Below the pieces are notes generated by a model. The model saw only the letters and a list, made by a program, of their open reading frames with translations, was not told the origin of the DNA and made no database searches. Shown piece after piece: positions 1-16,254 of a stretch of DNA of 64,000 bases. The position numbers were made by a program, and so were the translations under genes. The stretch is taken from contig OX597829.1 of assembly GCA_951406725.2 (NCBI GenBank), positions 43,586,001 through 43,650,000 on the forward strand. The letters run 5' to 3'. How positions within the stretch are numbered: the stretch's first letter is position 1; every line of letters begins with the position of its first letter. The stretch comes from Octopus vulgaris. Taxonomy: Eukaryota.

Positions 1-158
1 TCATATATGAATACTTATACTTTATTATATATACATATGTATATAAATAACGTATGCCTTAAAATACACATGAAATTATAAATCTATGTTACCTGCTTTC
101 TATATATATATAAGTATACACTTATATGTATATATAAATGTAAACATACATGTATATA

Positions 159-205
<47 letters not shown>

Positions 206-309
206 AAACACACACACACACATATATATATATATGTATATACACGTGCGCATGTATGTATATTTACATACATGTTCATATGTACGTATGTACTTAAACG
301 CAAACATAT

Positions 310-407
<98 letters not shown>

Positions 408-572
408 TTTCATGTACCGTACACATCAAATCTCTATAGACAATTTGATATGTGTATAAATATAATGGTATATATGTATACATAGATGAATATATGTATA
501 CGTATATATATATATATATATAAATATATAGATATATATACATGCATATATAAATATATAGATATATATACA

Positions 573-624
<52 letters not shown>

Positions 625-907
625 CATATATCTGTATATGCATATACGTCTGCACGTATATATATTTATTAACCATACATACATAGTTATATACTTACTT
701 ATATTCAAATATACATACACGTATACAGATATTATATATAGACGCAAATACAGATAACCGTCAGTTGTTTCACATTCGGTCTCCATGATTTTGCGCTCGA
801 TCCTATTCCGTTGCACAATTTTTAAATAGCATTCAATGCTGCTCTGAGCTTTCTATATATACTCTGATTGAGAAATGTGTGGCATTATTCGCTTCTTCAA
901 TCTAGAT

Positions 908-968
<61 letters not shown>

Positions 969-1010
969 ACTATTTATGTATGTATCTATCCATTCATATA
1001 TATATGTGTG

Positions 1011-1061
<51 letters not shown>

Positions 1062-1111
1062 CATATATATATATATACAACTATTTATGTATGTATCTAT
1101 CCATTCATATA

Positions 1112-1144
<33 letters not shown>

Positions 1145-1381
1145 TCATATTTATATATATATACCTATTTATATATGTATCTATCTATCTATATATATGT
1201 GTATATATATATATATGTATGTATATATATAAATATATATGTATGTATATATATAAATATATATGTATGTATATATATATATATATATGTATGTATATGT
1301 ACATATACATGTGTATATATATATATATGTATGTATATGTACATATACATGTGTATATATATATATATGTATGTACATATG

Positions 1382-1412
<31 letters not shown>

Positions 1413-2051
1413 ATATAATAAACCTTTACATAAATAAATAACGTGAAATACACGATGCATATATATATATATGGGCATATTTATACATGTGCATGTACAT
1501 ACGCTCCCTCCCACGAACACACACGCAAACACATACACGTATATGTATCCATGAATCTTTTTCTTTTGTGCACCTTTTTTTACTGATACCTTACCTAATA
1601 CATATAGTTTATACATGTGATATATGTGTATGTATGCAATTTATGATATTTGAGTGCCAAATTCACTCTGAAATGTCTGTTTCATCGTAAGGCCATGACG
1701 TTTAATCGCCAAAATTGTTATGTATCTAGCCTTAGGACTTGTATAACATTGTTTCAGGAAGCGTAATGCTTATTCCTTCACTGTAATTGTAATATGGATG
1801 CAGTTGATCCACGAAAATTCGTATGAAATATGCAGGGTATTCTCGTGAATGAAATTTTAAGACCGATGAAGTACTAGTACTGAAGGTCCCAATAAGACAC
1901 CGCTTCTCGGCGTTGCTGACCTTTGTGCCTTAGTCAGAAACGATTGATGTTGTTGTTGTTGTTCTTATTTATTATCATTATCATTATTATTAGTATTATT
2001 ATTACTATTATTATTATTATTATTATTTGTAGTAGTAGTAGTGGTGGTAGT

Positions 2052-2117
<66 letters not shown>

Positions 2118-2429
2118 TGTATTGTGTGAGATATCAATGCTTTCCATCAAAATGACACTGGGGTGCAAATATACGAAATCATTAATATTATTATTATTAT
2201 GATTATTATTATTATCATCATTATTATTATTACTATTATCATTATAAAGGCAGCTGGCTGGCAGAGTCTTTAGCACGCGGAACGGAATGCTTAGTGGTAT
2301 TTCGCCTACTGATGTCGACCTTGCCTTTCATCCTTTCGGGGTCGATAAATTAAGTGAAACACTGGGGTTGATGTAATCGACTAGTACCTTCCTCCCTGAT
2401 TTGAAGTGTTATGTCTCTAGTAGAAAGGT

Positions 2430-2856
2430 TTATTATTATTATTGAGTGAGAGAGAGCAGTGCATGCCATCAAAGTAACACTGGGGTAAAATATACAAAGC
2501 GCAGTATACCCATCATGACTACCCGTCTGATAAGGGTACACCAGGCACATGCATCACAACCATATGTGCGCGACATGGTGATCTCATATCAAGATAATTA
2601 ACGCATGACCTTGCAGGTGGGGCCCAGTTAGAATTTTCTACTGGTCGAGTAGCCCATCCCGCTCAAATGGTTGTTTATGGATGTTGAACAAAACACCTAT
2701 ATTTGCAGAGCTGAATTATCCAAACTCCAAAGAATTCCTCTGAACACATGGCTATGATGCTCCCGCACTATTCCTGCTCATGATCAAAGATGCACATATC
2801 GTCAGCCACTAAGGGACATGCTCAAATGGTTAAAGTCAAATAACTGACAAGCAAAT
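2430..2856 (-). mobile_element. Family C repeat, minus-strand copy
   Basis: Near-identical to 54030-54455 in the opposite orientation; a small fragment also occurs at about 2130-2180. Confidence 0.75.
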
Positions 2857-3039
2857 AGGCAGACAGACAGACAGACAGACGGACGGATGGATGGATAAGA
2901 TAAATATAGATAGATAGATAGATATAGTTATAGATATAGATATAGATATGGATACAGATACATAATCAATATAGCCATTAATGCCAATAATTCTTTATCC
3001 TTTAAATATGGAAAACCGTTTTTGCATTTAAAATCTCTA

Positions 3040-3508
3040 ATTCATTCAGTGAGGAAGCTTAATACGTCCAGAGACGTGCAACCAAACGCATACCCTCCAT
3101 CAGACACCTACCATATTCTGAGCGCCTTGTTTCCCTGGGCATGGATTCACTGAAGCTCCGGCGTTTGGCGACGGACTTGGTAAACACCCACAAAGTTATC
3201 AACCACCTCACCAACAACAACACTGAACACCTTTTTGATCTCCATGTGTCTAACACACGTGGACATGCCTACAAAGTCAGAAAACAATACAGCTCCCATG
3301 ACTTTCGGAAACATTTTTTCACGCTCAGAGTTGCTGAAGCATGGAATAAACTGCCTGCGTCAGTTGTTGACTGCCATGACACTGCATCTTTTAAGGCCCT
3401 CATGCTTTCCGAAATCCGCCGAAACTTCACCTGATTATATATACACTTTAGATGAGTTGTAGTGCACCTGAGCACTGTACACAATTATTATTATTATTAT
3501 TATTATTT
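3040..3508 (+). mobile_element. 5'-truncated CR1-like LINE 3' end
   Basis: Encodes QRRATKRIPSIRHLPYSERL...TRGHAYKV...FFTLRVAEAWNKLP, typical of the CR1-group ORF2 C-terminus, followed by a short UTR and an (ATT)n tail. Confidence 0.85.
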
Positions 3509-3780
3509 TAACATGTCGCTCACTCTTCGCTTTGCAAATGTTTGGGGATCCGGGTATTTTCCCGCATTAGATCACACGAGTTTGCCCTAACGACGTACTT
3601 TGTGCTATTGTAACTGAGTGTCAGTGTTTTACGTGCGGGAGGAATGCTGGAAAATAAAAAATGCTTTGTGGTTAACGCAAAGAAATTTCTACTTATATTT
3701 AACATTATACTCTCTAATTAAATGACTAAAAGGATAATTCGTTTAATCGATACTTCTTCTGGTGTTCAAAGCAGTATGGT

Positions 3781-4203
3781 TTACTCTTTTTACTCTTCTT
3801 TAAACTTGTTTCAGTCATTTTGACTGCGGCCATGCTGGAGCACCGCCTTTTAGTCGAGCAAATCGACCCCGGGACTTATTCTTTTTGTGAGCCCAGTACT
3901 TATTCTATCGGTCTCTTTTGCCAAACTGCTATGTGACGGGGACGTAAACACACCAGCATCGGTTGTGAAGCAATGCTAGGGAGACAAACACAGACACACA
4001 AACACATACACACACATACATATATATATATACATATATACGACAGGCTTCTTTCAGTTTCCGTCTACCAAATCCACTCACAAGGCATTGGTCGGCCCGG
4101 GGCTATAGCAGAAGACACTTGCCCAAGATGCCACGCGGTGGGACTGAACCCGGAACCATGTGGTTGGTTAGCAAGCTACTTACCACACAGCCACTCCTGC
4201 GCC
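3781..4203 (-). mobile_element. tRNA-derived SINE family A, full length
   Basis: On the minus strand: head GGCGCAGGAGTGGCTGTGTGG (A box), GGTTCAGTCCC (B box), internal TA/TG microsatellite, tail TGACTGAAACAAG-(TAAAAGAG)n. About 20 related copies occur in the window. Confidence 0.9.
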
Positions 4204-5444
4204 TATGCAGTTTATTTTCTGTTAACTTAAATGGAGTGAAGACTGAAACTCTTATGTACAAATAAATATGCAGTTAGAAAAAAACCCCCCAAAAAACATG
4301 AGCTGAGTGACTGATATTGTTTCAATCATTTCAGCAAATACAGTGACATCTTCGAACATATTTTCCTCGTGTTAGACCTCACCGATGAATCAAATTCCCC
4401 ACAGTACTTGCCAAAACACAGCGTACAATATTTTTACACGTTCGGATGTGAGCAATTATTTATTTAGCATCATATCTACATAAACTACATGTCTAAGCAT
4501 TGTGTAGTGACCGTAAATGCTGAGAATTTTCTAATCCAAATCGTAAATGGAGAGACTTGGGTCGCCGATATGGAGATTTGTAAAGAAACTTTAACAGTGT
4601 TGGTTAGCTGAAAAGGAGTTTAGAAAATATTGTAGAAAGGTTTTATGATGTTTGCTTCGTGATAGAGAGAGACGTAACAACAATAACAGTTTATAGCAAA
4701 CAACAATAGACAGGCCAAGAGATATCAAGAATTTTGTTAGGCATTCACTACTTTGTTTGCGGAGATGGGATTAAGATAGATATAGATGGCGCATACGACA
4801 TCATAAGTGTTGGTGGAGGTGGTGAAAGAGGAGAACTTTAAAAAAAGCAACTGCTTTAAGAGGCTTTTATGGCTTGTCCTAAAATAAAAGAGATAGAGAT
4901 AGAGAAAGAATGTTGGACCCAGATCATTTGCAGTAGAAGATCAAATGATTGTTGTGTCAATAGCCGACGTTTATCTCTCCGACATAAAATATTCTATGTT
5001 CCTTGATGAGACGAATGAATATGCTGTCGTGGCTACAATATTTGATACAATGGATTCTTCTGCTTTCTTTTCTATCTCGTTTTTTTTATACATATACCGT
5101 TTAAGTAGATTCTAAGTGGATTCATATTTTTTGTAAGTAGAATTCTCAGAGGATATTCCCTTAAAATATTCAAATATTCCTATCTTGAAATTGTTTGTTG
5201 CATCATTATTTTTTAAATGCATTTCCATTAAACAAGCTCACGCATACACACCGATGCAAATGTGTCTGTTTTATCTTTTTCTATTGTATCTATAACAACA
5301 TAGAGAAGCTTCAAACAGTTGTTCAAACTACTAACAGTGCTAGTCGAATTTCCCTCAAAACACATGCTATCGTTCTAAATAATGAACGATACATTAGACA
5401 ATGTTGTCTCTCTGTCTCTGTCTCTCCCTCTCCCTCTCCACACA

Positions 5445-5494
<50 letters not shown>

Positions 5495-5792
5495 CACACA
5501 CTCACACACACACACACACTCACACATAGATATTCGCACAGGTTTGGCTATATGATAAGAAGATTCTTTCCCAACCACATGCTTCCGGGTTCAGTTCCAC
5601 TGTGTGGTACCTTGTGTAAGTGTCTTCTACTATAACCTCGGTCCGACCAAAGCCTTGTGAGTAGATTTGATAGACGGAAACTAAGAGAAGCTCGTCATAT
5701 ATATATATATACATATATGTATGTATGTATATATATATGTATATATATACATGCATATATATATGTATATATATACATACATACATATATAT

Positions 5793-5837
<45 letters not shown>

Positions 5838-6747
5838 CATACACACATACATACATATATATATATATATATCTGTATGTATGTACGTATGTTTATTCTC
5901 TTACTTGCTTCAGTCATTTGACTGTGTGTTTGTGTGTGTGTGTACACACGCATATACAGACAAAAGTAGATGTATATAAACCCTGGAACTCCTCTGATTG
6001 TATATATACAGATGTGTATATATATATACATGCATATTCACCTATGCATATAAATATAGTAGCACATATGTAGGTAAATCTATATATATTTATATATACA
6101 TATATATATACACGCACACGCTACTTACAAATATGTGGTGTACGGGCTTCTTTCCATACATACACATATATAGACAATTTAATTTGTTGCATACTTATGA
6201 TGAATAACTTTGTTCTTTGGCACACGCTGTTATATAAAACGAATACTTCTGGAATCATTTCTGAAATAATAAATAATGCAAATAAATAAATAAATATATA
6301 ACATCTTAAAAAAAATAAGTGAGCAAAAAAAAAAAATAAAAATAAATAATAATAATAATAATAATTGTGTAGTAACAAAAGAAAAAAAGTCCTGTGCCAG
6401 CAAAACTGGAGCAAATGAATGCGAAATAATGACATGAATAGAATACATTCATATATTTCTGTAGGGATTATTGACAGCAGCTCCAACTATGTAAGCGATA
6501 GTAAATGTAGAGTAATTAGCGGTTAAAATATAGAGGTGGAAGATTTTGTGTATAGACATAATGTCGTTATTGTCAGGAATGGTGAGATAGCTTGATAGTA
6601 AAAACAGAATGAGAGGAATTAACAAACCGGTGGAGCAGATAAACACGTGTGCTAGTGTAGGAAGGCATATATATATATATAGGAATGCGCGTATGCATGT
6701 TTGCGATATATGCATATATACGAATATATGTGTGTGTGTTTCGATGA

Positions 6748-6798
<51 letters not shown>

Positions 6799-8207
6799 CA
6801 TGTGTGTATATGTATAATCAAAGTGTTCTTCATTCATCTTCGTATTTTTTTCCATTGTGTTAGTAAATATTAGTATTCACCGCACCATTCCTTTCTCTTT
6901 TCGTCTGAGCGACTGACCTCGTTTATCAATGTCTATAGGAGTGTTTGACCTACCATTTTTCTTGAAACATCTTCATCTTGTAGTGTTTCTAGATACCTCT
7001 TTTTTCTTTTTTTTTTTTTTTTTGCTTCCATATGTACACATATCTGTATATGCTCTCAGGTACTGAAAGAAACAGACACTTTGCCACACTCCCATGTATT
7101 TATATACGTATTCACAAATGCACACACACACACCGATATACATATATACACACGCATATATGTGTATATATATATATATATGTAAATGTGTATATGTATG
7201 TATACATACACACACACACACATATATATGTGTGTGTGTATGCATATATGCATATATGTATATATATGTATATATATGTATGCATATATGCATATATGTA
7301 TATATATATGTATGTGTGTGTGTGTGTGTGTGTTTAGCCTTGAAGTTGTTAACATACATTTAAAAACAAGCAATATGGAATTTGAATTTGAACGTCTCAG
7401 ATAAATAGTTCATTTATATGCGTATATGTATTTAAGTTTGTATATATGCTTATGTTTGTATGTATATTTGCATGCATATAAGTATATATGTATGTATATG
7501 TATGTATGAATGTATGTATGTATGTAGGTATGTATCTATCTATCTATTCATATATCAATGTAGATAGACTGGTATGTAGGTAAGTTTTTTTTTTGCGCAT
7601 TTATAAATATATGCGTACTCATACACACATATACAACCCCATTCGGTTACTCTCTCCCAACATTTTTCATCTATCATTCTACCTTTCCTTCTGCATGTCT
7701 GTGTGCCTTTGTATGTATCAGTCTATCTTTCTGTCTGTCTGTGTGTCTGTCTACCTACCTACCCATCTGTCTATCTATTCATCCATCTTCCTATCTGTCT
7801 CTTTGCTTCTCTATCTACCCTTCCATTCAGAAGGCCATCACTGTTGCCTATACTATATTTGTCAATTTATCCGTCTTCTTTTTTTCTCTAAGTTTTTCTT
7901 TCTCTCTATTACTGTCTTTTCTTTCACCGTTTCTAAAACACATGCAATGTTATTTTCTTTCTCTTTTCTTTTTTTCCTTTTAAAAATTTCCAATAATATA
8001 TAAAGTTTTCGTGTTAACTGAGGTGTATAGAAAGTTGCAAGACAATACATTTCTCAATTACCTAAAATCTAATATCCTTTAAGATCAATAAACTTTGCTT
8101 ACCTAACGTGGCCATTTTCTTGCCAAACGTTCTTAATTCTAGGAAAACTTTGATATTTATCAAGTCGATAGGATGGTTATTTAGCTTTTCTTTTTCTTAT
8201 TTTATAC

Positions 8208-8293
<86 letters not shown>

Positions 8294-8300
8294 TTATAAA

Positions 8301-8332
<32 letters not shown>

Positions 8333-9280
8333 TATACATACTTTCACTTTCTAGAAACTAGCTTTCTCCATTTTGTCTTTTGTCTCTTGTGTTTGGATGC
8401 CCGCAATGAGTGTATATGTAAGCGTAATGTAGGTGTTTAGGTGTATACGTACATATATTTAATTCCCCACCACACTCATATATGTATATGCTATATATAT
8501 ATATATTTATATATATCAAGAAGATGTGTTGTAATAATATTCCACACCCATACCAAACATCCAGCATACCTCCATCATCAGCTGCCCCTCGGATATCATT
8601 ATGGTTTCGACACCTGGGCAGTGCCATTCAATCTGGCGGTCTCAACTGCACTAAAATAAGTGTTGTTTGGGAACAAACAAACCAAAGAAACTACAACTTT
8701 GATTCAAATTTGTTGGTACTCCGAGTTTCAAAGCGTGATGCTAATCCTCTGCCATTGGAAATTTGAATTTTCATCGGTTGAAAGTAAGCGCCGCGCTTTG
8801 AATCTCGGGGTACAAACGAATACAAATCAAGCTGTTTTGATCCATGCATGCCCTTCTCTCCTGTGTCCACTGACTCGTGTAATATAGATATATATATATA
8901 AAGCAAAAAGAAAAAAATCATTTGTCGCTATTAGTGATTGCGAGTGCAGGGTGGCACGTATATTGCTTGAGACCAGAATCATCCATCGATTCACATGGTA
9001 AATACTATATACTGGATGGTAGGTGTTAGCTTAACCATCAGCGATGGAGTGATCACTACTAATGAACTTTAATTCCAAGTGGAGCTAGCTTGTTGGTATA
9101 GCGATCTCTCTCGTTGAGGGGCGGTTATCTCCCTTGTCAATACTTAGACAATATGTGTGTGTATTAATCAATCAGACCCAATATCATTGTTAGCTTTTCA
9201 CGTTTGTGTTGTTATAACTTTACGATATTACAACATTACATGTTTTAAAACAATTTTCAGTTAAACGTTTCTGCAGAAAT

Positions 9281-9689
9281 GGAGTGGCTGTGTGGTAAGT
9301 AGCTTGCTAACCAACCACATGGTTCCGGGTTCAGTCCCACTGCATGGCATCTTGGGCAAGTGTCTTCTGCTATAGCCCCGGGCCGACCAATGCCTTGTGA
9401 GTGGATTTAGTAGACGGAAACTGAAAGAAGCCTGTCGTATATATGTATATATATATATAAGTGTGTGTGTATATGTTTGTGTGTCTATGTTTGTCCCCCT
9501 AGCATTGCTTGACAACCGATGCTGGTGTGTTTACGTCCCCGTCACATAGCGGTTCGGTAAAAGAGACCGATAGAATAAGTACTGGGCTTACAAAGAATAA
9601 GTCCCGGGGTAGATTTGCTCGATTAAAGGCGGTGCTCCAGCATGGCCGCAGTCAAATGACTAAAACAAGTAAAAAAAAGAGTAAAAGAG
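9281..9689 (+). mobile_element. SINE family A, full length
   Basis: Same head, internal microsatellite and tail as the other family A copies. Confidence 0.9.
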
Positions 9690-10483
9690 CCACTGGCAGT
9701 ATTTCTATTTATTTACAACATATAACGTCCAACTTGAGATTATCCATAAACAGCAAATGGTTGGTTATTTTTCCTAAGTCTCAACTAGTTTTATATATTG
9801 GTTAAAGGTGTAAAATAGCCATCATATTTTCATTACATCGTTTCAAAAATTTAGTATTAAATCCTTATCGCTCACAAAATATGTTTTGAAAATACAAAAC
9901 CGTTGATAAATGTTTGAATGAATTCTTGATACATGATGTTGTCAGCTATGGAATAAGTATCGAAGGATAGGTTTACTAGTTTTACAGTCTACAGAAGCTT
10001 TGTATTCTTTTATTCGAGACACATTTTAATCTCTTCTAAGTAGCCTCTGGATGATCAGGTGATTCTTGGTTGGGCAATTGGCTAGGCAGCGATTTGCTTC
10101 TTAGTCGTTCAATGGCTGTTCGGCGAATTCTTAAACTATGAATAAACAATCGGTGTTTCTGTGCTGTTTGGAGTATAGCTGTTATTCCATGCAACTTCAG
10201 ATTCTAACTTTGGTATATTACCGATTAAAATTGATTCCACTCCTTAAAAGAAACAAAACGTACGATTTCAGTTCAGATCTAGAAGATATATATATACATA
10301 ACTGAAAAAAGGTATATGCAAAAAAGCTTTAAGTATCACTTCTGATATTTCAAATATTATTGTATATGGCTTTCAGTTCTGGGTAAGTCATGTAGTCTAC
10401 GAAGCATTTTCCCACTATTTTGTCGATCTGATTGTGCGAGTGAGAAATGAAAATAAGATTTAAAAGGACATTTACATAATACA

Positions 10484-10892
10484 GCGCAGGAGTGGCTGTG
10501 TGGTGAGTAGCTTGCTAACCAACCACATGGTTCCGGGTTCAGTCCCACTGCGTGGCATCTTGGGCAAGTGTCTTCTGCTATAGCCCCGGGCCGACCAATG
10601 CCTTGTGAGTGGATTTGGTAGACGGAAACTGAAAGAAGCCTGTCGTATATATATGTGTATATATATATGTATGTGTGTGTTTGTGTGTCTGTGTTTGTAC
10701 CCCTAGCATTGCTTGACAACCGATGCTGGTGTGCTTACGTCCCCGTCACTTAGCGGTTCGGCAAAAAGAGACCGATAGAATAAGTACTGGGGCTTACAAA
10801 GAATAAGTGCCGGGGTCGATTTGCTCGACTAAAAGGCGGTGCTCCAGCATGGCCGCAGTCAAATGACTGAAACAAGTAAAAGAGAAAAAGAG
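10484..10892 (+). mobile_element. SINE family A, full length with target-site duplication
   Basis: TAATACAG flanks both ends (10477 and 10893). Confidence 0.92.
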
Positions 10893-11397
10893 TAATACAG
10901 CAAATTAAGTTTTCCTCAGCTTGGTTCTGTTATACGTCATTAATAAAATATTAATTAAAAAATAAAAGTTAAAATATATGAACAGTTGGACCTAAAAATA
11001 AGGACCGTTTGTGAATTTAATAGAGGCGTAAAATTGCACAAAAAGACAAACACAATTTAACAAAAAATCTGAGAAGAGAAAACAAATCAAAATGGCGACG
11101 GGGACCGAAGCGGAAAAGAAAAGATGGAAATCAGTAAAAGTAATTTATTGGATGTCACATTTTTCATTCCCATTTATATGAATATCTACTGTAATGAGAC
11201 GCATTATAATAAATACATACGTCTTAAATACACCACACACATGTATTCCGGCATATATATATATGTATTGTATACCGAGGTATATATGTATACACACACA
11301 CACACACACATGCATATATGTATATGATCCCTGTTTATACATATAGAAAATAATGTAGATATAGATATAAAAATAGATAGATAGAAATAAATGGAGA

Positions 11398-11442
<45 letters not shown>

Positions 11443-11608
11443 ATGGAAAGAGAGAGCGAGAGAGAGAGAGAGAAACCGGTAAGCAGGAAGAGCAGACAGA
11501 CAGACAGACGGATAGACAAATACGGACTGATAGAACAGGCAAACAGACAAATAGACAGACAGATAGACACACAGGGCGATAGACAGAGAGAGAGAGAGAG
11601 GTAGATAG

Positions 11609-11667
<59 letters not shown>

Positions 11668-11704
11668 GGATGGATGGATGGATGGATGGATGGATGGATA
11701 GATG

Positions 11705-11735
<31 letters not shown>

Positions 11736-11747
11736 TAGAGATAGATT

Positions 11748-11794
<47 letters not shown>

Positions 11795-11804
11795 CAGATA
11801 GACC

Positions 11805-11838
<34 letters not shown>

Positions 11839-12416
11839 ATCAGACAGACAGATACATGTGAATGAAACCTCAGTAGCAGTCAAATAATTCAAAATTCATA
11901 GCAACAAAATGAAATGAAAATGTAAACAAACGACGAGAATTGGTGAAAGTTCGAGAAAGCGAAAACATTAACATTATATGTATAAAGGATTCAATTTCAA
12001 AATATTAATATATATATATATACACCCGTCAGAATAAAAAAAATACCCGCGCGCACATGCTTATACATGCACGTATACATATACGTGTAGGTATATTTTC
12101 GTGTTTGTATATGCATGAATATCAGGCATTTTATATTTTATGTAACATGTACATATGCATATAATATATATTGCATATATATGCATATGTGTGTGTGTGC
12201 GTACGTGTCCAAGTTTGTATCAACACATTTAATATATATATAATGTATATACATTATATGTACTGAATGTATTTATGTTTGCATGTATGTATATGTATAT
12301 GCAAATCTACGCATATATGTGTGTGTGTTTGTGAATATACAGGGATGCATATTATACATTGTATATATACATACGCATATACGCATGCATACATACATGC
12401 ATACATGCATATCTAC

Positions 12417-12463
<47 letters not shown>

Positions 12464-12829
12464 TAAACACATACATACATATACATAATATACATATAAT
12501 ACATACATACATATACATATATACATACATATACATACATAATACATACATACATATACATATATACACATGCGTACAAACATATATGAACACACATACA
12601 TGCTTACAAGCATGCATACAAAGACATACATACTCACAGACACATACATGCTTACAAGCATGCATACATAGATACATACATAGATTCGTATATACATACA
12701 TACACGCATACATACATACATACATGCATACATACATACATACATACATACATGCATACATACATACATACTTACATACATACATACACACACACACATA
12801 CATACATACATACATACAGACGCACACAC

Positions 12830-12883
<54 letters not shown>

Positions 12884-13269
12884 GCAAACAGTCACAAGCA
12901 TCTGTAGATCTCTTATCTCGTTTGTTCTTCGTACGTATCAAAATGGAAAAGGTGGCAACTGTCACGCCCTCTTCGCGTTTCAATAATTGAGCTCCGTTTA
13001 TGCCAGTGCATCCAACCGACTCCACACGCACATACATATATACATACATACAAAACACACACGTACACACACTCACACACGTACACACACACACACACAC
13101 ATTCACACACACACACATTTCATACCTTCAATTTCTTATTATTACATTTCTTACACCTTCCCCATTATCTCTAACCTCCCACTTTATTTTCGTTCACTTA
13201 TTCTTTTATTTCCTTCCCTTACACATCTTCCATCTCCTACCACCACCATCACCACCACCACCACCACTA

Positions 13270-13324
<55 letters not shown>

Positions 13325-13584
13325 CACCACCACCATCACCACCACCAATACCACTACTACTACAGCTACTACTAATACTACCAACACCACCCTACCACCA
13401 CCACCACCACCACCACTCTACTCCTACTACTTATCTACTCTTGGCACAAGGCCTGAAATTTTGGGGGAAGGGGGGTCCAGTCGATTAGATCGACCCCAGT
13501 ACGCAACTGGTACTTAATTTATCGACCCCGAAAGGTTGAAACGCAAAGTCGACCTCGGCGGACTACTACTACTACTACCACTAA

Positions 13585-13623
<39 letters not shown>

Positions 13624-13748
13624 ACCCTCTCCTGCTATTATTTGGTCTCTATTTACCCCTCACCCCGTCCACATCATCTCCTATTTGTTTATTACATGTC
13701 TTTTATATATTCTTATATTTCATATCTTCTTCCTTACGATGTTTTCAT

Positions 13749-13806
<58 letters not shown>

Positions 13807-13955
13807 ATCTTCTCTTCATCATTGTGATTTCAAATCTGAATTTCTCACCATTAGAATTTCAATCCCTCTAACACATTGAGTTCCTCACCCTCTCCTCTCA
13901 CTCTCTCTCTTTATCTATCTACCTATCTAGCATTCTTTCTCTCTCTCTTTCTTTC

Positions 13956-14041
<86 letters not shown>

Positions 14042-14128
14042 GTATGTATATGATGTAAATAAATATATATATATGTGTATATATACATGTATGTATACAT
14101 GTATGTGTATATGTATAGGCATATATGT

Positions 14129-14160
<32 letters not shown>

Positions 14161-14763
14161 CTATCTATCAATATATATATATATATATATATACATCCGT
14201 CCTATTTACCGGACTCCATAACTTTTAATTTGTCGTTATCTATTTTTACTTCTCACCCACCCACCCACCCTCTCTCTCTCTCACTCCCTGCATAAGAGTC
14301 CCTTTCCAGCTCATTTTTTTTTCCCAAGCACCCTTTGCTTTTGCCTTTTTTTGTGTCCCCCCACCACCACCACACACACATACACAACAGCTACCTTATC
14401 TTATAATTGTTATCCTTTTCACTTTATTTCATTGTGTTTACATCATTTTTATCTCTTCTGCTCCATCTAACATCAATTCCATCTTTATTCGGTCACCTCA
14501 AATTTTAACTCATGTCTATTCAACTCCCATCTTTCTGTCCCCTGTCCTATCTGCCTCCATCTTGCTTTCCCTTCGTCCCTTCTTTCTTTCTTTCCTCCTC
14601 TCCTCTCTATCTCTTATCCACCCGCTATTATTATTCCGATCTTCTCATCTGTTGTATATCGCCGGGTATTGTCGAAGCTGTCACTCAGAACCATTTTCGA
14701 CATTTTCTTTTTTTTTTTTTATTTCTGCGGGTTTCCTTCTACCAAAATATGCACATGTTTGAA

Positions 14764-14820
<57 letters not shown>

Positions 14821-14946
14821 CTGCGTATGAGTTTATGCCTGTCTGTGTATATGTGTGTACGTGTGAGCCTATATCCACGTACACTGACACGTATTCAGAG
14901 ACACAATACAATACACACACACACATATAGACATAATATATATATG

Positions 14947-15001
<55 letters not shown>

Positions 15002-15193
15002 GTACGTATTTCTGGGGCCATCCTGGAGCACTCCTTTAGTCAAGCAAATCGACCCTAGGACTTATTTTTGCAAGCCTAGTACTTATTCTATCGGTAACTT
15101 TTGCCGAACCGCTAAGTTACGGGGACGTAAAAACACCAGCATCGGTTGTCAGACGATGGTGGGGGACAGACGCGGACAAGCACACATACATAC

Positions 15194-15248
<55 letters not shown>

Positions 15249-15581
15249 GTAAGTAGCTAGGATAAATCCCAGCTGTCTCCTGAAGAAGCATATCTGCTTA
15301 TTCTATTATCACAATCTAGTATGTAGTCTCAGTTGCTGCTGTATGTTAGTCAAAGTACATATTAAAATTGAGAATTATGGAAATATTATTCGGAGAATTA
15401 TTGCATAATAAAACTGGACAATGGAAATTATTCGGCACTATTTATTCACCATTACATGTGTTTCTTTTGCTAATAGGAATTACAAAGTTTTCCATGTTAG
15501 ATAGACATGTAAGGGGCTTCCTACTAACACGTGTAACAGTGAATAAATAATTACCAAAGGTTTTCCAATTTCCTGTTTTGC

Positions 15582-15630
<49 letters not shown>

Positions 15631-16223
15631 ACATAGAAGGTTTTCTCGTCCTCACGTTATGTTTATCAAGGGCTACACAGTCCAATATATTATTCCTGTT
15701 TTGAAAATGGTAGAGATGTGGTTTGAAGTTTTACGTTCTGAGTTCAAATTCCGCCGAGGTTGACTTTACCTTTCCTACTTTTGGAACTCGATAAAATAAG
15801 TACCAGTTGAGCAATGTAATCGACTCAGTTCCTCCAATCCCCAGAACTTGCTGGCCTTGTACCACAATTTGAAATTATTACTTAAAGATATTGCGACTTC
15901 ATACAGTTAGCCTCGCAGAAGTAATAAGTGTAACGGCAACATCAACAACAATAGTTTATAGAACTAAATCAAAATAATATATTACTGCCAATTGACCTAT
16001 AATAATGCAATAATAATCCATCGAATTAACAAAGTGCCTCGTAGGATTAAGAATCCACTATGCCAGTGCAGGAGTTGTTAGCAATCCTACAGTTGACGAT
16101 TGAGCATCCACTTATCTATGAGATTAAGTTAATAACTTTTACAGATCAACGTAATCTTTTAATGTGTAACTCTGATTTTGCCGATTCGGGCCTTTCAAAC
16201 CGGAAACCTTAATTAGCATCAAG

Positions 16224-16254
<31 letters not shown>

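Noticed and set aside
86-1616. Many long ORFs rich in YI/HT/CV dipeptides here and throughout the window
   Set aside because: They are translations of (TA)n, (CA)n and (TATG)n microsatellites that happen to lack stops; there is no splice or homology support.
3973-4230. Recurrent ORF ...QIHSQGIGRPGAIAEDTCPRCHAVGLNPEPCGW seen many times
   Set aside because: It is the antisense translation of SINE family A, not a protein family.
4960-5050. DIKYSMFLDET reading resembling a hAT transposase catalytic motif
   Set aside because: Very short, surrounded by stops, and no termini found; it cannot be supported without a search.
15270-15400. CTGAAGA followed by a small hairpin after a TA tract
   Set aside because: No properly placed GAAA/stem III/stem I partner, so it was not called as a hammerhead.
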